A DNA stretch of 64,000 nt from Vicugna vicugna (lineage: Eukaryota), in NCBI GenBank assembly GCA_013265495.1, contig MU058037.1:559498-623497 (forward strand). Direction: 5' to 3'. Made by a program: the position numbers and the translations under genes. Under the pieces are notes generated by a model that saw nothing but the letters and a program-made list of their open reading frames with translations, was not told where the DNA came from and did not search any database. Positions within the stretch are counted from its first letter, which is position 1. Every line of letters starts with the position of its first letter. Below are positions 61,429-64,000 of the stretch, piece after piece.

Positions 61429-62774
61429 TTGTTGCCAAAGTGATAATATCCACCTTGCTTCTAGAAGCATCACAGTTACTAAGACTTTAACCCATCGTGC
61501 ACTGGGACACGATGCAGGTGCAAGGTGGAAAACTGAGCATGTGATAGCAATGTAACAGGACAAGTATGAGGGCTAACAATAGTTATAATGATATGATGAA
61601 AGTAAATAAATAATGTAATTACTTCAGAAATATGGTAAAAAAAAAAAAGAGACAGGATCAGGTAAGCCAAATAACAACTCAAGAAACTAAAAGCCAGAGG
61701 GTCCCTATGGAAGCAAATAAGAATAACTGGATCTGCTGCAGCTTCTGAGAAAACCACACTAGAAATCAGACCCAAGATCCAATTTTAAAGATGGCAGAGA
61801 TAGAGTGAAAGTTGAAATCACACCCTTGACAGGTCTCTGATGTAAAAGTCAGTATTCTGAGAGGCATGTGTGTGATTGTGATACATGGATGGGCACATAT
61901 GGATGGATCAGCCTGAGACAAGCGATCCCCAGATTCCACTAAACCTTTCCAGCTGGTAGGATTATCCTGCTCTTTGCTGGAAGAGGGAACTTCCTGGTGC
62001 TTAGATATACTGAAAAGACCTTATCTGAGGCAAGTAACATGAACATGATGTCTTTTTTTCTCAAAAACTCCTCCTGCCATCCTCATACCTCAAGGCTGGA
62101 AACAGGGTCAGGTCATAGCCCAGCCCAAGCATAGAAACACAGTCTCTGTCGTGTAAGCAAATAGTTTACACCCTGAAGCAATTGCAGGACCAGGTGATAT
62201 TGGCTGGGACCAGGGACCTAATGTGAGAGTGAATAATAAGGGTATTAGACCAAGGAATCATTGACCTACAAGCACTCACCTGTGATTTGGGGTTCAAAAT
62301 ATTGGCAAGGACACCTGAATTCCTGAATTTTGCTCTGATATACTCCGGATTGGCTGTCTGGAGTTTTGAAACAATAATGGCCTGCAGTAAATGAGGTAGT
62401 GATGCAGGAATACCTGGGCATGATAGTGAGGAAGGAAATAGGAGACGTAGGGAGGCGGAATGTTAGAATGGATTTATTTTGTGAGATTAGTGAGCCCACC
62501 ATTTGACCATATTCCCCAGAAGGGCCATAGGACAGTCCTTTCACTAAGGCAATAAGAAATGTCTTGGCAATAAGCAGTGACATCTTTGAGATGCTCAGTG
62601 GTATTTTCTGAAGGCCAGGGTTGACAGATATGCTACCATGGAACTGGGCTTCCAAATACTAATGGGGAAAAGAGCAGAACCCTGGAATGCAAAGGCCAAC
62701 AGCAACACTTAACCTTCAGAGGCAAGGTGGTCCTTGTCCCAGACTCTGATTTTGGGAAACCCCAGAATAAGACA
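61429..62774 (+). mobile_element. ERVL internal gag remnant ending in a terminal piece of 3' LTR (62731-62774)
   Basis: Decayed ERVL Gag peptides YTLKQLQD (62167), *E*IIRVLDQG-IIDLQALTCDLGFKILARTP (62224-62316), GMLEWIYFVR (62457), PEGP*DSPFTKAIRN (~62516); LTR-like end ttgtcccagactctgattttgggaaaccccagaataagaca. Confidence 0.8.
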
Positions 62775-64000
62775 AAGATAAAGGCAAAACTCAACTCACT
62801 GTAATGGAATATTAATACTTTCCTTTCTGATCAGTACAATAAAAGATTGCTTGATACTTACTTTACTAGTTTCTTTGTGCCTGCAAGTTTGAATTTACTT
62901 GAGATTTTATAATCTAGAGATGCCTACGTATTTTCATTATGATTTTACAACACTTTATCATTAAGTAAGTCTTTTTTTCTGGTTTCTTCTCCCTGCTTCC
63001 TAAGTTTTAGTAATTGAACCCACTTTATTTTGATTATCCCAAGCACTTAAGTGATGTAAGTCTTCCAGCTTTTAGATAAATAATTTATTTGCAATAGTTG
63101 TAACTGAGTAGAAAATAAACAGCTCATTTGTTTCTTTCAGTGTACTCATTTTGAACTCTGTTCTTCATTTCAGATTCTTTTGCCAATTTAGAAAGTGAAA
63201 GTGTGTAGAGAGAAGTTGATTAAGTCTTAATGACTCTTACTTAATTCTTCAAACTGGGAAGTAGCTGGATAAATGATTCATGATGGAACTGTCTTTATCA
63301 TTAGAAATACTCTTCAGCTATTCTCAGTAAAGTACTTTTATGAAGCACCTAATACGTATCCAGCATAACGCTAAACAAGAAAGAGCTTTTACCCTTAAGA
63401 CTATTCATGATTGGCTATAGATTGTGCAAAGTTATCCCCCAAGATTTAAGCACTGAGATTTGATTTTTGAAAAATGTTCTTACTTCCATACGTTTGGTTC
63501 AACAAAAGTGCTTCACAGTCTTTTCCCTGGCCTTTGGTAGGTCTATAAGAAGACTTCAAAATAAACCACAGATAAGAATAAATAAGATAATGTATATTGG
63601 AAGGGTTAGCCCTGAGAAAGTAGGGGAGGGAGTGAAGTTTGTCTTTAGTTTACCTCCCTCTTCCTCTTTCTGTATCTTTCAGTATTTGAGATCCCTGCTA
63701 TCTACCAAAAGCCTATTCATTACCTCATTACAGACCAGTCACTTCTTCACTAAGACTTCACGTTATAATGAATGTGTTGGGGGCTTGGTGCCAGGGCATC
63801 TTGAAAACAAAGAGGCCTTTAAACCTCAAAGCCTTCCTTCTCTAATGCAGGATGGGAAGGGAGGGATTTCAGGCATTGCAGCAAGTCAGATTTTTAAGGT
63901 AGGAAGACATTTTATTCTCCAAGATTTGCCAAATGTATTTTATAGCTAGAGTCAAAAGATTCCTAAAATCACTTCTTTATGAAACATTCCTTGACATAGG

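Noticed and set aside
62266..62655. 129-aa minus-strand ORF
   Set aside because: Antisense shadow of the decayed ERVL gag; no recognisable protein
63467..63949. 160-aa ORF with TTG start
   Set aside because: No recognisable domain, non-ATG start, composition like translated non-coding DNA
1..64000. CRISPR array, operon or other prokaryote-type system
   Set aside because: The sequence is mammalian repeat-rich DNA; no regularly spaced repeat-spacer array or gene-dense region is present

Overview
AT-rich, repeat-dense mammalian genomic DNA, intergenic or deep intronic. Three tRNA-derived SINEs of the camelid Vic-1 type point to a camelid (alpaca, llama or camel); this is inference from recalled repeat families, not a database result. 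I recognise no host protein-coding exon, RNA gene or CRISPR array. The only clean long ORF (3524-4072) is the C-terminus of LINE-1 ORF2p, and the other listed ORFs are L1/L2/LTR remnants, antisense shadows or chance ORFs. The window is layered: ancient L3/CR1, L2, MIR, hAT and Tigger DNA transposons; eutherian L1M elements, MaLR (MLT1) and ERVL (LTR16/LTR33-like) LTRs including one internally deleted ERVL provirus with gag remnants; and recent lineage-specific L1 3' ends and SINEs with intact target-site duplications. I found no supportable new biological system. The most interesting signals are mechanistic footprints: a near-perfect 333-bp tandem duplication, a perfect 19-bp-arm palindrome, a young L1 inserted at the homologous position of an old L1, a SINE with a probable 3' transduction, a doubled ultra-short L1 tail, and small apparently templated insertions. 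Repeat family names are from memory of consensus sequences, and boundaries of old repeats are approximate.
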